IMG/VR virus record: IMGVR_UViG_3300025398_000930
Length of the DNA: 59,388 bases
Source: an uncultured virus (IMG/VR IMGVR_UViG_3300025398_000930)
Lineage: Duplodnaviria; Heunggongvirae; Uroviricota; Caudoviricetes
Reading direction: 5' to 3' (one strand)
Within the stretch, counting starts at the first letter, position 1; each line of letters opens with the position of its first letter. Under the pieces are notes generated by a model. It ran no database searches. It was not told where the DNA came from and was given only the letters and a program-made list of their open reading frames with translations. Of the stretch, positions 57,588 through 59,388 are shown piece by piece. The position numbers and the translations under genes are program-made.

Positions 57588-59388
57588 ATGTCTTCTTTAA
57601 TAAAAATTAATTCAAACATGCTGTACACCGCTACCACAAGCGGTTATTCAGGCGTGAGCGGTTATAGTGGCAATACATCTGGTTATTCTGGTTTTTCTGG
57701 TACAGCAGGTATAGGTGGGTATAGTGGTTATAGTGGTATATCTGGTTGGTCTGGTACTTCTGGTAAATCTGGTTATTCTGGTCCAACCGGTCCTTCGGGA
57801 TATAGTGGTATACCTGGTGCGGCTGCAAGTTCAGGTTATAGTGGTTTTTCTGGTATCTCTGGTTACTCGGGTATCTCTGGTAAGTCTGGTTATTCAGGTT
57901 CCGGAGTATCTGGTTACTCTGGTTTTAGTGGTACCGGTACTTCTGGTTATTCTGGTATCTCTGGTTTTAGTGGTATATCAGGTTTTAGCGGTATTTCAGG
58001 TTATTCTGGCATTAGCGGTTATTCCGGCTATTCTGGTATAAGTGGCTATTCCGGTACCTCTGGTTATTCCGGTTACTCAGGTACTTCCGGTTACTCCGGT
58101 AACAGTACTTCCGGTTACTCCGGTATAAGTGGTTATTCTGGTATCTCTGGTTTTAGTGGTTTTAGTGGAACAAGCGGCTACTCTGGTATTTCAGGTTATT
58201 CCGGTATTTCTGGTTATTCCGGTACATCAGGTTATAGTGGTTATTCTGGTATTTCAGGGTACTCTGGTATTTCAGGTTATTCAGGCTATAGTAGCCATTC
58301 TGGTTATTCTGGTATAAGTGGTTATTCTGGTTTTTCAGGTACTTCAGGTTATTCTGGTATTAGTGGTTATAGCGGTATTTCAGGTTATAGTGGTATAAGC
58401 GGTTATTCTGGTTATTCTGGTACATCTGGTTACTCAGGTATATCAGGCTTTAGTGGTATACCAGGTGCTTATGCAGCTTCAGGTATTTCAGGGTATTCAG
58501 GTTATAGTGGTATATCAGGCTATTCTGGTATTTCAGGTTGGTCTGGTACAACAGGTGGTTCAATATACGGACGTACATACTTTTTAGAAGAAATAGCAAG
58601 CGATCAAAACTCTTCCACATATGAAGTAATGGCTTTACAGCCAGGTGGCGGTGGAACAACAGTTAACGACGATTATATAGCAATTACTTCAAGTACGGGG
58701 TTAACAGCTTTCGGCTGGTATTTAACACCAATTGGAGAGCCTGGTTTAACAGAAATACCCCCAGGTCTTTGGGATGTCGAATTTTATCGTTACGTAACAG
58801 GTGGTACAGCTAATTTTGTATTCAGTGTATATACGTATTCAATGACCACCAGTAGCACTGGAACGTTTATATTAAGTGCTGATTCTGGTACGGTTTCAGA
58901 TACAACTTCAACTTATCAAAAATTAGCTACAGTTACAAGTAACATTACAACTCTATCTGCTACAGATCGTATTTTATTACAAGTTTCAGCATATACTTCA
59001 AGTGTTTCTCCTGTTACAGCTGCTTATCAATATAATGGTAGTTCAGTATTTACGGTATTACGTACACCTATAGGGCAAGGTGTTTCAGGTATATCAGGCT
59101 ATTCTGGCTTCAGTGGTAACAGCGGCTTTAGCGGCATCAGTGGCTATTCAGGCATTTCTGGTTATTCAGGTTACTCTGGTAACAGTGGTTATAGCGGTAT
59201 ATCTGGTTTTTCTGGTATAAGTGGTTACTCAGGTATCTCTGGTTATAGTGGCTATTCCGGCATTTCAGGTTATAGTGGTATAAGCGGTTATTCCGGTATT
59301 TCGGGTTATAGCGGTTACTCCGGCATCAGTGGTTACTCAGGTATCTCTGGTTGGTCTGGCTATTCAGGCATTTCTGGTTATTCAGGTT
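57588..59388 (+). CDS. Fibre-like protein with long (Gly-X-Ser)n repeats, truncated by the window edge
   Basis: Absent from the track because it has no stop. Translated by hand from ATG 57588: MSSLIKINSNMLYTATTSGYSGVSGYSG..., then a globular spacer (GRTYFLEE...TPIGQG), then repeats again. Confidence 0.85.
   Translation, partial: MSSLIKINSNMLYTATTSGYSGVSGYSGNTSGYSGFSGTAGIGGYSGYSGISGWSGTSGKSGYSGPTGPSGYSGIPGAAASSGYSGFSGISGYSGISGKSGYSGSGVSGYSGFSGTGTSGYSGISGFSGISGFSGISGYSGISGYSGYSGISGYSGTSGYSGYSGTSGYSGNSTSGYSGISGYSGISGFSGFSGTSGYSGISGYSGISGYSGTSGYSGYSGISGYSGISGYSGYSSHSGYSGISGYSGFSGTSGYSGISGYSGISGYSGISGYSGYSGTSGYSGISGFSGIPGAYAASGISGYSGYSGISGYSGISGWSGTTGGSIYGRTYFLEEIASDQNSSTYEVMALQPGGGGTTVNDDYIAITSSTGLTAFGWYLTPIGEPGLTEIPPGLWDVEFYRYVTGGTANFVFSVYTYSMTTSSTGTFILSADSGTVSDTTSTYQKLATVTSNITTLSATDRILLQVSAYTSSVSPVTAAYQYNGSSVFTVLRTPIGQGVSGISGYSGFSGNSGFSGISGYSGISGYSGYSGNSGYSGISGFSGISGYSGISGYSGYSGISGYSGISGYSGISGYSGYSGISGYSGISGWSGYSGISGYSG
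57639..58550 (+). repeat. Coding 9-nt-period repeat (SGY/SGI/SGF/SGT), first block
   Basis: tct/tca/tcc/agt/agc-ggt/ggc-tat/att/ttt triplets. Confidence 0.9.
59079..59388 (+). repeat. Coding 9-nt-period repeat, second block
   Basis: Same SGY/SGI/SGF pattern up to the window end. Confidence 0.9.

Noticed and set aside
57631..58659. Track ORFs at 57631, 57715, 58129 and 58450 (Val/Leu-rich, membrane-looking)
   Set aside because: They are off-frame or antisense shadows of the Gly-X-Ser repeat gene starting at 57588
57639..59388. Repeat region as a CRISPR array or DGR template/variable repeat
   Set aside because: The period is 9 nt with synonymous variation and no spacers; no cas or reverse transcriptase gene is in the window
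1..59388. Stop-codon reassignment (alternative genetic code)
   Set aside because: Core genes are full length under the standard code, and TAA, TGA and TAG all terminate genes at sensible positions

Overview
This window is a 59.4-kb, AT-rich, gene-dense segment of a large T4-like (myovirus-type) dsDNA phage read in the standard genetic code. It carries the replication and recombination core: family-B DNA polymerase (truncated at the left edge), gp46/gp47, gp55 late sigma factor, UvsW, UvsY, primase, both clamp-loader subunits and a DinG-like helicase. Nucleotide metabolism genes are thyX, dut and nrdB/nrdA, with a GIY-YIG homing endonuclease between the two nrd genes. Head, neck and baseplate genes include gp4, gp13, gp15, gp16-like, gp20, gp21, gp22, gp23, gp25 and gp6, followed by a Gly-X-Ser repeat fibre gene running off the right edge. 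Three features stand out. (1) A dispersed 7-deazaguanine pathway (queD, queE, queC, class II glutamine amidotransferase) is accompanied by a DUF366-like protein, a glycosyltransferase, a nucleotide-kinase-like ATPase and a dNTP diphosphohydrolase-like gene; no dpdA or folE is visible in the window. (2) About ten glycosyltransferase genes are present, plus an apparently self-contained nucleotide-sugar pathway inserted between gp47 and gp46, which suggests phage-encoded glycosylation of the virion, the DNA or the host surface. (3) Two promoter classes sit only a few bases before start codons that lack Shine-Dalgarno motifs: TTGNNN-N16-TANNNT and the late motif TAARTA. Other candidates are a family of head-packaged proteins with capsid-targeting-like N-termini, a helical unimolecular-spanin-like lipoprotein and a structured non-coding stretch near the strand switch. 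All functional calls come from motif recognition by eye; no database searches were run.
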